The position numbers were made by a program, and so were the translations under genes. The notes under the pieces were generated by a model that saw only the letters and a list, made by a program, of their open reading frames with translations, ran no database searches and was not told the origin of the DNA. This document shows positions 17,964 through 26,343 of a DNA stretch of 64,000 bases, one piece after another (positions within the stretch are counted from its first letter, which is position 1; each line of letters opens with the position of its first letter). The stretch covers positions 113,104 to 177,103 of the forward strand of contig JACOXI010000003.1 of assembly GCA_016176335.1 (NCBI GenBank). Direction: 5' to 3'. This DNA is from Candidatus Daviesbacteria bacterium. GTDB lineage: Bacteria; Patescibacteriota; Microgenomatia; Daviesbacterales; UBA10151.

Positions 17964-17974
17964 ATTGCTCCTGC

Positions 17975-18060
17975 AACGGGACCCTTCGACTACGCTCAGG
18001 GTAAATTGTGGTCGGTCTCCTGGCTCTTCGACTCGCTTCGCTCGCTCAGAGCTATAGCTT
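17975..18060. repeat. R2 GC-rich motif cluster upstream of the 451-aa gene
   Basis: Minus-sense reads TCTGAGCGAGCGAAGCGAGTCGAAGAG ... CCCTGAGCGTAGTCGAAGGG, directly before the RBS and ATG. Confidence 0.55.
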
Positions 18061-18163
18061 ACCGAATCACAGTTGCGGCACAGCCCCGGACTTACACCGG
18101 GTTCCCTTTTTGTATCTTCTCCCGCTTAAAGGCGGCATGATACACCACGTTTTAAGAATAACA

Positions 18164-18262
18164 ACTCAAAACTCAAATGTCAAAACTCAAAATTACAAAT
18201 CAAATCTCAAAACTTTTTAGATTTAAGATGTAGATTTGCGATTTGAGATCTAAGATTGAGAT
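18164..18262 (+). repeat. Dispersed ~100-bp repeat R1, copy b
   Basis: CTCAAAACTCAAATGTCAAAACT ... GATGTAGATTTGCGATTTGAGATCTAA. Matches 15-118 and the reverse complement of 45630-45735. Lies about 80 nt upstream of the gene at 18341. Confidence 0.55.
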
Positions 18263-18340
18263 TAGTAGAGATTGTCCCATAATGATCCCTTTTGTGCTGC
18301 TTGCCATCATTTTTTTCACATTGTATACATTTAAGTAATT

Positions 18341-19384
18341 ATGGAATCGCACCCAATCCCACAAAATGTCACCACTTTCCAGTTCCACCTGGTTGGGGAT
18401 ATGACCTTAAAGCAATTTATATACCTTGCCACAGGCTCCGGATTAGCCTATTTTGTGTTTATTTTTTTTGTGGCGGATTATCCATATTTTGCTTGGCCGC
18501 TGATCTTGACTGCTGCCGGGTTGGGAACAGCTTTTGCCTTCTTGCCTATAAATTCCAGACCATTGGATTATTGGACTGCAGCTTTTTTAAAAGCAATTTA
18601 TTCACCCACCAAAAGAGTCTGGAAGAAAAATAATAAATCTTACCAGGAAGATCCTACCTTTAACAGCAGGCTTTTCACATATTTAGCAGGTCTTCAGCCT
18701 ATTCAACAGCAACCTGTACCTCCCGTCTATAATCCACCGCATGTTGCAAAGTCTGTCACCGCAGAAGCTCCACCCCTGCCCACCCCCGAACAGTTGGGAA
18801 AAACAGTTGATCTGGCAAGACAGGCACAAAACCTGCAAATGAAAATAATCCAAACCGAGCGAACCCTAAATCAGATTAAGACAGCCGCACAAAGTCCAAC
18901 CCAAATACCTGTTGATTACACGCAACAAGTTAATACCGTGCTGTCAGATTTGCAAAATCTGGTCACCCAAGCATCTCAAATCAAACAACAGATTGAGTTT
19001 GTTCATCAGCCTGAACCTACAAACACCCTTCCTTTGCCAATTGCCCCAAGGCCGAAGGTGACAGTAATTGTTCCTACCAAAGCAAAAGTGACCCAAGTGG
19101 CCCTGACCACATTCCCCAATGTCATAAACGGCATAGTTAAAGATGCCAATGCCAATTACCTGGAAGGAGTGGTGGTGGTAATTTATGATAAGGAAGGATT
19201 GCCTGTCAGAGCGCTGAAAACAAACAAATTAGGTCAGTTTACAGGTTCTACCCCCTTGCCAAACAGTATTTACACTGTTGAGCTGGAGAAAGATGGATTT
19301 GCTTTTGATGTTTTGCAGGTTGAATTAACAGGCACAACTTTACCGCCTTTAACAATTACGGCAAAGGGGCCGGGAGTTTCCTGA
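18341..19384 (+). CDS. VirB3/PrgI-like membrane protein with extended Gln/Pro-rich C-terminal region
   Basis: N-terminal pair of TM helices (LAYFVFIFFVADYPYFAWPLILTAAGLGTAFAFL) resembles the VirB3/PrgI family. Lies immediately upstream of the VirB4 genes. Function is inferred from position and topology. Confidence 0.4.
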   Translation: MESHPIPQNVTTFQFHLVGDMTLKQFIYLATGSGLAYFVFIFFVADYPYFAWPLILTAAGLGTAFAFLPINSRPLDYWTAAFLKAIYSPTKRVWKKNNKSYQEDPTFNSRLFTYLAGLQPIQQQPVPPVYNPPHVAKSVTAEAPPLPTPEQLGKTVDLARQAQNLQMKIIQTERTLNQIKTAAQSPTQIPVDYTQQVNTVLSDLQNLVTQASQIKQQIEFVHQPEPTNTLPLPIAPRPKVTVIVPTKAKVTQVALTTFPNVINGIVKDANANYLEGVVVVIYDKEGLPVRALKTNKLGQFTGSTPLPNSIYTVELEKDGFAFDVLQVELTGTTLPPLTITAKGPGVS

Positions 19385-19385
19385 A

Positions 19386-20135
19386 ATGAGTACAACGCAA
19401 CAACATCTGTCCATATCTGACATCAAAGACAATATAATTTTGCTAAAAGACGGCGGCGGGGCCTTGGTTTTGCAAATTTCCGCCGTAAACTTCAGGCTTC
19501 TATCTGAACGTGAGCAAATTGCCATCATCAGTAGCTTTGCCCAAATGTTAAACTCGCTTTCTTTTTCTATCCAAATCCTAATTTTTTCAGAAAGATTAAA
19601 TATCAACTCTTATCTTGTGCTTTTGGATAAAGCCCAAAAATTACAGTCTAATCCGATGCTTTCCAATATGATCATAAATTACCGCCAGTTTATCCAAAAT
19701 ACCATCAAGGAAAACGAGGTCCTGGATAAAAAATTCTATCTAGTGATCCCGCTTTTTAATCTGGAGCTGGGGCTTGCACCCACCAGAGTTATTTTGCAAC
19801 AAAAAATCAAAACCATACTGCTTCCCAGAAGAGATCAAATAATAAGACAGCTTTCAAGAGTGGGGCTGGCAGCAATCCAACTGAACACAAATGAGCTGAT
19901 TGAACTATTTTATGATATTTACAATGGCCAGTTTGTGGAAAGTATGGCCTCAAAGCCAATTAGCGCCGATACAATGCAGGTCCAATTAAACCAACCTCAA
20001 GAGGCTGTTAAAACTTCAACATACAAATCTCAAGTTGTTGATCAACCCCAAGCTCCGCTACAACCAAGCCCTGCTACTACCCAGTCATCAAGAACACACC
20101 CGTTTGTGGTGGAGGAGTTAGATGAAAATACCTAA
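19386..20135 (+). CDS. VirB4 N-terminal-domain-like protein (no ATPase motifs)
   Basis: SISDIKDNIILLKDGGGALVLQISAVNFRLLSEREQ resembles the N-terminus of Gram-positive VirB4/TraE/PrgJ homologues. Overlaps the next ORF by 14 nt in a different frame. Confidence 0.45.
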   Translation: MSTTQQHLSISDIKDNIILLKDGGGALVLQISAVNFRLLSEREQIAIISSFAQMLNSLSFSIQILIFSERLNINSYLVLLDKAQKLQSNPMLSNMIINYRQFIQNTIKENEVLDKKFYLVIPLFNLELGLAPTRVILQQKIKTILLPRRDQIIRQLSRVGLAAIQLNTNELIELFYDIYNGQFVESMASKPISADTMQVQLNQPQEAVKTSTYKSQVVDQPQAPLQPSPATTQSSRTHPFVVEELDENT

Positions 20136-21879
20136 TCCTTTTAAAAAACAACCTGACGAGCAATCCACTCCTACCCAACTAACTATTGAGGATGTGCTTG
20201 CTCCGCAGGAGATTGAGGTTGATTTCCATAACTTAAGGATCAATGACCGTTTTTTTAGGACTTACTTTATCTCCAATTACCCGCGGTTTGTGGAACCGAA
20301 CTGGCTGGAGCCAATAATATCTTTTGATCACTCGCTTTTGATATCGATGTTTATATACCCTTCCCAATCTGCCGGTGTATTGGATGATTTAAAAAGAAAG
20401 ATTGCCGAGATGGAAGCAACAATACAAACGGATTTTGAGCGGGGAAGAGCCATAGACCCGTCTGTTGAGGTGGCTTTGGAAGACGCCAGGGGTTTACAGG
20501 AACAGTTGGTCAAAGGGGTTGAGAGATTTTTCCAGTTTGCCCTTTATGTGACCATTCCCTCCGCAAGCTTAGAAGAATTACACAATACCTCAAAACTGGT
20601 TGAATCAACGCTTGCATCTTTATCTATGAGCGCAAAAGTGACATCTTTGCAGATGGAAGACGGGTTCAAATCAACTCTCCCGCAAGGAACGGATTTGTTA
20701 AATCTAACCTATAATATGGACACTACCTCCTTGGCAACAACCTTTCCTTTTGCCTCATCGGAGCTGACAGCTAATGAAGGTATTATGTATGGAATCAACG
20801 AACATAATGATTCGCTCATACTTTTTGACAGGTTTAGCTTGGAGAACGCCAATTCTGTGATTTTTGCCAAAGCCGGAGCCGGGAAATCATATCTGGTTAA
20901 ACTTGAAGCCTTACGTTCTTTGATGTTTGGGACGGAGATTATTATCATCGATCCTGAACAGGAATACTTACCTTTATCGCAAGCTGTGGGAGGAGAATTT
21001 ATTAACTTTTCCGCCTCATCTCCTATTAAAATAAACCCGTTCGACTTAAATCCGCAACTGGCATCCGGTGAAAATGAGTTGGGGAGGAAAATTCTATCTT
21101 TGACCGCATTCTTAAAACTGGTTTTGGGTAATTTAAGCGCAACAGAGGCGGCAATACTGGACAGATCCTTAAAACAAACATACCAGCAAAAGGGAATTAC
21201 GGATGATCCTAAAACGCAAGATCGACAACCACCTTTAATGGAGGATTTGTACAAAGTTTTAATGGGCATGGAAGAACCATCTGCCCTGGAACTTGCGGCA
21301 AGATTGGAAAGATTTATTAAAGGCTCTTTGACCGGAATATTTTCTGCCCAATCAAATGTGGCAATTGCCAATGCCTTTACGGTTTTTTCGGTCAGAGACT
21401 TGCCGGACCAACTACGACCTTTGGCAATACACATGATTTTGGAGTATGTTTGGACCAAAATAAGAAGCAGGCTTAAAAAAAGAATCCTGATTGTTGATGA
21501 AGCCTGGTATCTGATGAGAAATGCTGACAGCGCAGATTTTTTGGTGGATATGGCCAAAAGGTCAAGAAAATACTATTTGGGTTTAACCACTATAACGCAG
21601 GATGTTGAGGATTTTTTGACAACGGAGAGAGGAAAAGAAATCATCTCAAATTCCTCAATTCAAGTTCTTTTAAAACAAGCGCCTGTTTCAATTGACCTTT
21701 TGGCCAAGGTGTTTAATCTGTCCGAGGGCGAACAAAGACTGCTGCTGTCAGAGGGAATAGGACAAGGATTGTTTTTTGCAGGCAATACTCATGTTGCCAT
21801 GAGAGTGGTTGCCTCACCGAAGGAACACCAACTCATCACCTCAAACCCGCAAGAGATTTTGGCAAGACAAAGTGTTTAA
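20122..21879 (+). CDS. VirB4/TraE-like conjugal-transfer-type ATPase
   Basis: Walker A FAKAGAGKSY and Walker B ILIVDEAWYLM. The N-terminal YFISNYPRFVEPNWLEPI motif is typical of VirB4. Confidence 0.75.
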   Translation: MKIPNPFKKQPDEQSTPTQLTIEDVLAPQEIEVDFHNLRINDRFFRTYFISNYPRFVEPNWLEPIISFDHSLLISMFIYPSQSAGVLDDLKRKIAEMEATIQTDFERGRAIDPSVEVALEDARGLQEQLVKGVERFFQFALYVTIPSASLEELHNTSKLVESTLASLSMSAKVTSLQMEDGFKSTLPQGTDLLNLTYNMDTTSLATTFPFASSELTANEGIMYGINEHNDSLILFDRFSLENANSVIFAKAGAGKSYLVKLEALRSLMFGTEIIIIDPEQEYLPLSQAVGGEFINFSASSPIKINPFDLNPQLASGENELGRKILSLTAFLKLVLGNLSATEAAILDRSLKQTYQQKGITDDPKTQDRQPPLMEDLYKVLMGMEEPSALELAARLERFIKGSLTGIFSAQSNVAIANAFTVFSVRDLPDQLRPLAIHMILEYVWTKIRSRLKKRILIVDEAWYLMRNADSADFLVDMAKRSRKYYLGLTTITQDVEDFLTTERGKEIISNSSIQVLLKQAPVSIDLLAKVFNLSEGEQRLLLSEGIGQGLFFAGNTHVAMRVVASPKEHQLITSNPQEILARQSV

Positions 21880-21894
21880 TGATACTCTACTAAT

Positions 21895-24135
21895 ATGGCT
21901 GGTCAAGATGTTAATTTTTATAAATATCTAGAAGCTGCTTTTAGGTTTAAATTATTTAATCCCGAAGGTCAAAGAGCCGGTTTTGATACTCATTTTAATC
22001 ACTTAAATTATAACCTGACTTACAAGCAGATTTTCTTTTATGCCAGAAAAATTCTGCCCAAATTTTATACCAGTGAATTCCCCGATACTGAAGAAGGTAA
22101 TCTGCAAATGGCCAAAAAGGTTTTGGAACAGCTGGACAAACATCAAGATACCCAGCTTGAGAATCAATTTAAATCAGTTACTGTTTCAGAGGAAAATACT
22201 CAAATCATAACTGAAGCGCAAGCACAGTCACAACAAACTGAAGCGATATCCACACAAACACCAGTTGGTACATCCGAAGGTATGATGAGTGGGCCAGGTT
22301 TACCTTCTGCTCCATCTAAATCTTTCGGGCCGCGGCGTGTTTTTATTGCCAACCAGACCCCTCCACCTGCAGGAGGCATGGAGGGAGGAATAGGCCAAGG
22401 CACGGCTGCTACTAATAAAGCAAATGCCAAAGCAAGCAGGCTGGAAGCTGAAACAAACCGGCTAAATGTGCAAACTGCTGCTCCCCGAAGATTTAACTGG
22501 GGTGGCTTTAAAATACCTGCCTCATTTACAAATGCAGCCAAAAATTTTGGTTCTGAGTCCCAAAGATTTATCGGTACAAATTTAGGGAGAATTGGCAAGG
22601 GTCTTGGAGAAATAGCCGGAGGATTAGGCAGAGGGATTGCCGGCCCTGCTCTTACCGGTACATACAATCTCCTGGGAAAAGCAGGCAGTGGCAGCCTTAA
22701 TGCTTTTGAAAGAATAACCAGACCAGGAGGCACAGGAGGAGGCGGAATAGGCAGAGGATTATCCAAATCCTCAAACAAATTAGCCTGGGGTTTGATCGGG
22801 ATAATGTTGTTTTTTGTCTTATTCGGCAGTATGTTAGGCGGCCTGGCAGGAACTACACCCACCGGTCAAGCCAGCCCAATTGGATCCATTGGATCTTTTG
22901 ATATTAGTAGTTGTAAATTTACAAGAGGCCAAGAAAATCCCAAAGAAGCCACTTTTAAAAGCAATAAACTTCTTTCGTATATTCAAGAGGCATCCCAAAA
23001 ATCAAACATCCCTCCTGCAGTACTTGCAGCCTTTATCAGGGTAGAGTCCCCCTCTTCATCCAATATGTCAGACGATCAGATTTCCAATTATTCTGCAAAT
23101 TGTGTACAAAGCTCTACAGGAGCACTGGGAATTATGCAGATCCAACCTTCTGGTACAACTTCTGCTAGAGGAGACCCGGCAAGTTGCGATGACTGCATTG
23201 ATGCGGGAGCCAAACTGATGGGTAAAACTGTTTCCACTATGACTAGGCAGGATTATTGTGATCCAAGAACAAATATCATTGTAGGAGCTGGTTGGATTTT
23301 AAAAAAAATGAGCAAATTAGGTTATGGCGATAGCACAAAATGGGATACTGCATGGACTAATGACAGAAAAGCAATTGAAGCCTTGGTCAATACTTACTAT
23401 GGATGCTTGCAATATGGAGACGCAACAAAAGACTGCGCCGGCCCCTATAACTATGCCGATGATGTTTCCACTAGTATCCAAAACTGCCAAGCGCAATCCC
23501 AAACAGTTCCGCCCCCACTAGCAGATGGAAATTATAAAAAATGGGTTCAGGATTTTGGAATCAATATTAATGACGGCTTTGTGCCGGATGTTTATAAATG
23601 GGCTTATGAAGTTTTAGCTTCTACATCTAGTATAGCGCCCAAATTTAAAGACCGCCTGGGTAGTACTCTCATTGAGATCAAACCAACCTGCGATATTTCC
23701 AAAACTAGCGGACGGATAATCTTTCTAAGAAATAAAATTCAATTCTGTCCCGGAGCAACTAAAGATGGGCCAACCGCTGATGAAAAACTGTTTAAACAAG
23801 TCTTTATTCACGAACTGGGACATATTATTAATGGATCATCCAGACCAGGCAAATATGGAGATCAAATCAAACAAGCTATTGCTGCTGAGGGATATCTCAC
23901 TGCTTATTCTCAAAAAGCAGCTACTGCAGATGATGAAATCTGCGGAGCCGCCGACTTAAATACCAGAGCTGATGAAGACTTTGCAGAAAGTATCTCTTAC
24001 TTTGTTAACCAAGGAATCAAAGAACAAGATTATGGGTGTGGTACAAACCTTAATCAAAACCCCATCTATGCTCAAGATAACAATCATCCTTTATACCTTA
24101 AGCATATTCAACTAATGATTGATTTGTTAAGATAA
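21895..24135 (+). CDS. Bifunctional cell-wall hydrolase: Gly-rich region + TM + lytic transglycosylase (SLT) domain + C-terminal HExxH metallopeptidase-like domain (VirB1/PrgK-type role)
   Basis: SLT signature ES...GALGIMQIQP, and FIHELGHIING. Position directly after virB4 matches T4SS-associated muramidases. Confidence 0.65.
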   Translation: MAGQDVNFYKYLEAAFRFKLFNPEGQRAGFDTHFNHLNYNLTYKQIFFYARKILPKFYTSEFPDTEEGNLQMAKKVLEQLDKHQDTQLENQFKSVTVSEENTQIITEAQAQSQQTEAISTQTPVGTSEGMMSGPGLPSAPSKSFGPRRVFIANQTPPPAGGMEGGIGQGTAATNKANAKASRLEAETNRLNVQTAAPRRFNWGGFKIPASFTNAAKNFGSESQRFIGTNLGRIGKGLGEIAGGLGRGIAGPALTGTYNLLGKAGSGSLNAFERITRPGGTGGGGIGRGLSKSSNKLAWGLIGIMLFFVLFGSMLGGLAGTTPTGQASPIGSIGSFDISSCKFTRGQENPKEATFKSNKLLSYIQEASQKSNIPPAVLAAFIRVESPSSSNMSDDQISNYSANCVQSSTGALGIMQIQPSGTTSARGDPASCDDCIDAGAKLMGKTVSTMTRQDYCDPRTNIIVGAGWILKKMSKLGYGDSTKWDTAWTNDRKAIEALVNTYYGCLQYGDATKDCAGPYNYADDVSTSIQNCQAQSQTVPPPLADGNYKKWVQDFGININDGFVPDVYKWAYEVLASTSSIAPKFKDRLGSTLIEIKPTCDISKTSGRIIFLRNKIQFCPGATKDGPTADEKLFKQVFIHELGHIINGSSRPGKYGDQIKQAIAAEGYLTAYSQKAATADDEICGAADLNTRADEDFAESISYFVNQGIKEQDYGCGTNLNQNPIYAQDNNHPLYLKHIQLMIDLLR

Positions 24136-24143
24136 AACTTACA

Positions 24144-24611
24144 ATGAGGCAAAAAACAATAGTTATATTGGGGATTTTGGGAGCGATAATTTTACTGTTA
24201 ATCTCTCAAAAAGTTTTGCTTGTCAGACCGATTTCTCTTCCATCCGGCACCCAGCCATCATCAACGCCTTCCCAGAACTCAACTCAACCAAATGAATCCC
24301 CCAAAATTTTATCCACCAAACCAGATCCTTTGGATCAGGCTGTTATATCATCGGATCAGCAGATTGAAATTGTATTTAACAGAGGCTTGGAAAACGAGGG
24401 CGAGTTTAAGATCAGAATAGAACCAAAAGTAAAGTATAAAATAACTCTTTCCGGGGATCATAAAACCGCCAAAATTACCCCAGAGGAATCATATGAGCTG
24501 GGAGTTGGCTACACCATGTTTATCACAGGAGATACCAAATTCGAAGGTGTGGGGCCTTGGGGGGAGGAAAAAACCTTCCATTTCCAAACCATAAAATACA
24601 GAGGTATCTAA
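24144..24611 (+). CDS. Small membrane-anchored protein with Ig-like beta-rich ectodomain
   Basis: 155 aa. N-terminal TM anchor and a Ser/Thr/Pro linker. Last gene of the + strand T4SS-like block. Confidence 0.5.
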   Translation: MRQKTIVILGILGAIILLLISQKVLLVRPISLPSGTQPSSTPSQNSTQPNESPKILSTKPDPLDQAVISSDQQIEIVFNRGLENEGEFKIRIEPKVKYKITLSGDHKTAKITPEESYELGVGYTMFITGDTKFEGVGPWGEEKTFHFQTIKYRGI

Positions 24612-25708
24612 TTGGTCCTGACCGGCATTACAATATATTCCAACCCCTCAACTCCGACAGGTTTTACTCGCGCAGCAGAAAGAGATCCTGAAAATTCAAT
24701 CATAATTTGTAAAGACGGAGAATTTGTCACTGCATCCAGCAAAAACTTTGAATTAAAAGCAATCTGAAGGTTGTCACCCTCAACATTTGCCTCAATCTCG
24801 TTTTGTTGGCTGCCCAATTCTTTGGCAGAGGATTCGATTTTCATTCTGCTTTTTTCCAGGGTCAAAATAACAATATTGGTTTCGTTTTTGGCAAAAACAG
24901 CTGCCAATTTTACGGCCTTTAAAAGCTCTTCTTTATCCACCATCACTCTTGTGACTATTTCTGTCGGGATGATTTTTTCCCAAGAGGGGAATTGACCTTC
25001 AATCAGCCTGGAGGAAAGTAATGTTTTCCCTAAATTAAAAACCACCTGGTTTTGATCACTAGAGGCTGCAAGCTCAATCTTATCCACCTCTGTTTCCGAA
25101 ATAATCCGCAATACTTCCTCAAATGTTCTTCTTGGGATCAAGCTTTTAAACTGAATCTCTTTACCTTGAAGTTTAACTCTCCTGTGAGCCAGCCTAAAGC
25201 CGTCTGTTGCCACAAAATCAACCTTTCCCCCTGAAACATCAGTCAAAACTCCTGTTAAAACAGGACGCCCTTCGTCAACAGCCGCTGCAAAAAGGATTTG
25301 GGAAGAAGACAAAACTATTTCTTTTGACAGCTCTACCCCGTCTTTGGCAGATAAAGGAATAGCAGGGAATTCTGTTGCCGGAATACAGTTTATACTAGCC
25401 TTAAACTTGTTGCTTTCAACCACCAGACCCTCTCCTTCTGTTGTAACAGTCACTTTGGATTGACCCAAGCCGGAGACCAGTTCAATCAGGGTTTTTGCGG
25501 GAACCGTGATACTGCCTTCCTCAAAAACCTCCACATTAATAGACCGTATAACCCCAATCTCCAAATTGGTGGCAGCAACTTTCAGCTTTTTACCTTCTGT
25601 CGAAAGCAGAATATTATCCAAAACAGGCAGGGTGGATCTTATTCCTACAGACCTCCCGACAGCTTGCAAGTGCGGCAATAAATCCTGTTGTAAAGTGGAA
25701 AATTTCAT
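24608..25708 (-). CDS. dnaN: DNA polymerase III beta sliding clamp
   Basis: 366 aa. Typical DnaN start (MKFSTLQQDLL..LQAV) and three-domain length. Follows dnaA with one gene in between. Confidence 0.9.
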   Translation of the reverse strand: MKFSTLQQDLLPHLQAVGRSVGIRSTLPVLDNILLSTEGKKLKVAATNLEIGVIRSINVEVFEEGSITVPAKTLIELVSGLGQSKVTVTTEGEGLVVESNKFKASINCIPATEFPAIPLSAKDGVELSKEIVLSSSQILFAAAVDEGRPVLTGVLTDVSGGKVDFVATDGFRLAHRRVKLQGKEIQFKSLIPRRTFEEVLRIISETEVDKIELAASSDQNQVVFNLGKTLLSSRLIEGQFPSWEKIIPTEIVTRVMVDKEELLKAVKLAAVFAKNETNIVILTLEKSRMKIESSAKELGSQQNEIEANVEGDNLQIAFNSKFLLDAVTNSPSLQIMIEFSGSLSAARVKPVGVEGLEYIVMPVRTN

Positions 25709-26166
25709 TCCCGACCTTCTTTCTTGGCAGTAACAAATTTTTGTATCTCTTCTTCGGTAACCTTTATTAATCTGAAGTTAACACGACCGGCAGCAATTAG
25801 GTTTTTAATGTGTTTTTCCTCGTCTGTCAAGAGGAAACTTTGTCCACTCTTTACTTCGATAAAATCAATTTTGTCCCCGTTTTTTATACCGATAAAATCA
25901 ATAGGCCAGCCAAGCGGGATGATTCTGTCGTAATCATAGCGTAGTTCGGCGTAGGTCAAAAGTTCTGCCATTCTTCCTTTTTGAGGGTTGATAGAACCCT
26001 GAATTGTTTGTAAAATCCTCAAAGGTAAATCCTGCACTCCTTTGTACAAATCTATTAAATCTTGTGGTATATCGGTTTTCCCTCTTCCGTGTAGTCTTCC
26101 AAAAAGATAAGTAATGATAAGTGCTGAGACAATTAAGATGATAACAACCCAGTTAAAATTATCCAC
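25705..26166 (-). CDS. Membrane-anchored NERD/Hjc-like PD-(D/E)xK nuclease-fold protein
   Basis: N-terminal TM (VVIILIVSALIITYLF). Catalytic-core-like AELLTYAELRY...PIDFIGIKNGDKIDFIEVKSG (E...D...EVK). Sits between dnaA and dnaN. Confidence 0.55.
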   Translation of the reverse strand: MDNFNWVVIILIVSALIITYLFGRLHGRGKTDIPQDLIDLYKGVQDLPLRILQTIQGSINPQKGRMAELLTYAELRYDYDRIIPLGWPIDFIGIKNGDKIDFIEVKSGQSFLLTDEEKHIKNLIAAGRVNFRLIKVTEEEIQKFVTAKKEGRE

Positions 26167-26298
26167 CGCGTCTTCCGATTATACTACAGCTTATTAATAT
26201 TAATAGTAGTAAATAATATGTTCGGTGGATATGTTGAGAACTTAAAACTTTGTGTTTGGGATTCGCCAAAAATTCGTGTTGATGCTCGGTTTATTTTT

Positions 26299-26338
26299 AG
26301 TGGATAACTTGTGGACAAACTAATTTGTATGTGGATAA
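26299..26338. promoter_or_regulatory. Cluster of three DnaA boxes (aGTGGATAA, TGTGGACAA, TGTGGATAA) with adjacent AT-rich tract (26195-26220); candidate oriC / DnaA-regulated region
   Basis: Matches the 9-mer consensus TTATCCACA / TGTGGATAA at 26299-26307, 26310-26318 and 26330-26338. A further 8/9 box lies at 26159-26167. Confidence 0.6.
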
Positions 26339-26343
26339 ATCAG

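Noticed and set aside
20709-21557. 282-aa antisense ORF within the virB4 ATPase gene
   Set aside because: Fully contained in a gene with unmistakable Walker A/B motifs in the sense frame. Hydrophobic and Ser-rich, antisense-like composition.
22200-22862. 220-aa antisense ORF within the SLT/peptidase gene
   Set aside because: Pro/Gly-rich translation caused by the antisense of a Gly-rich coding segment. No start context.
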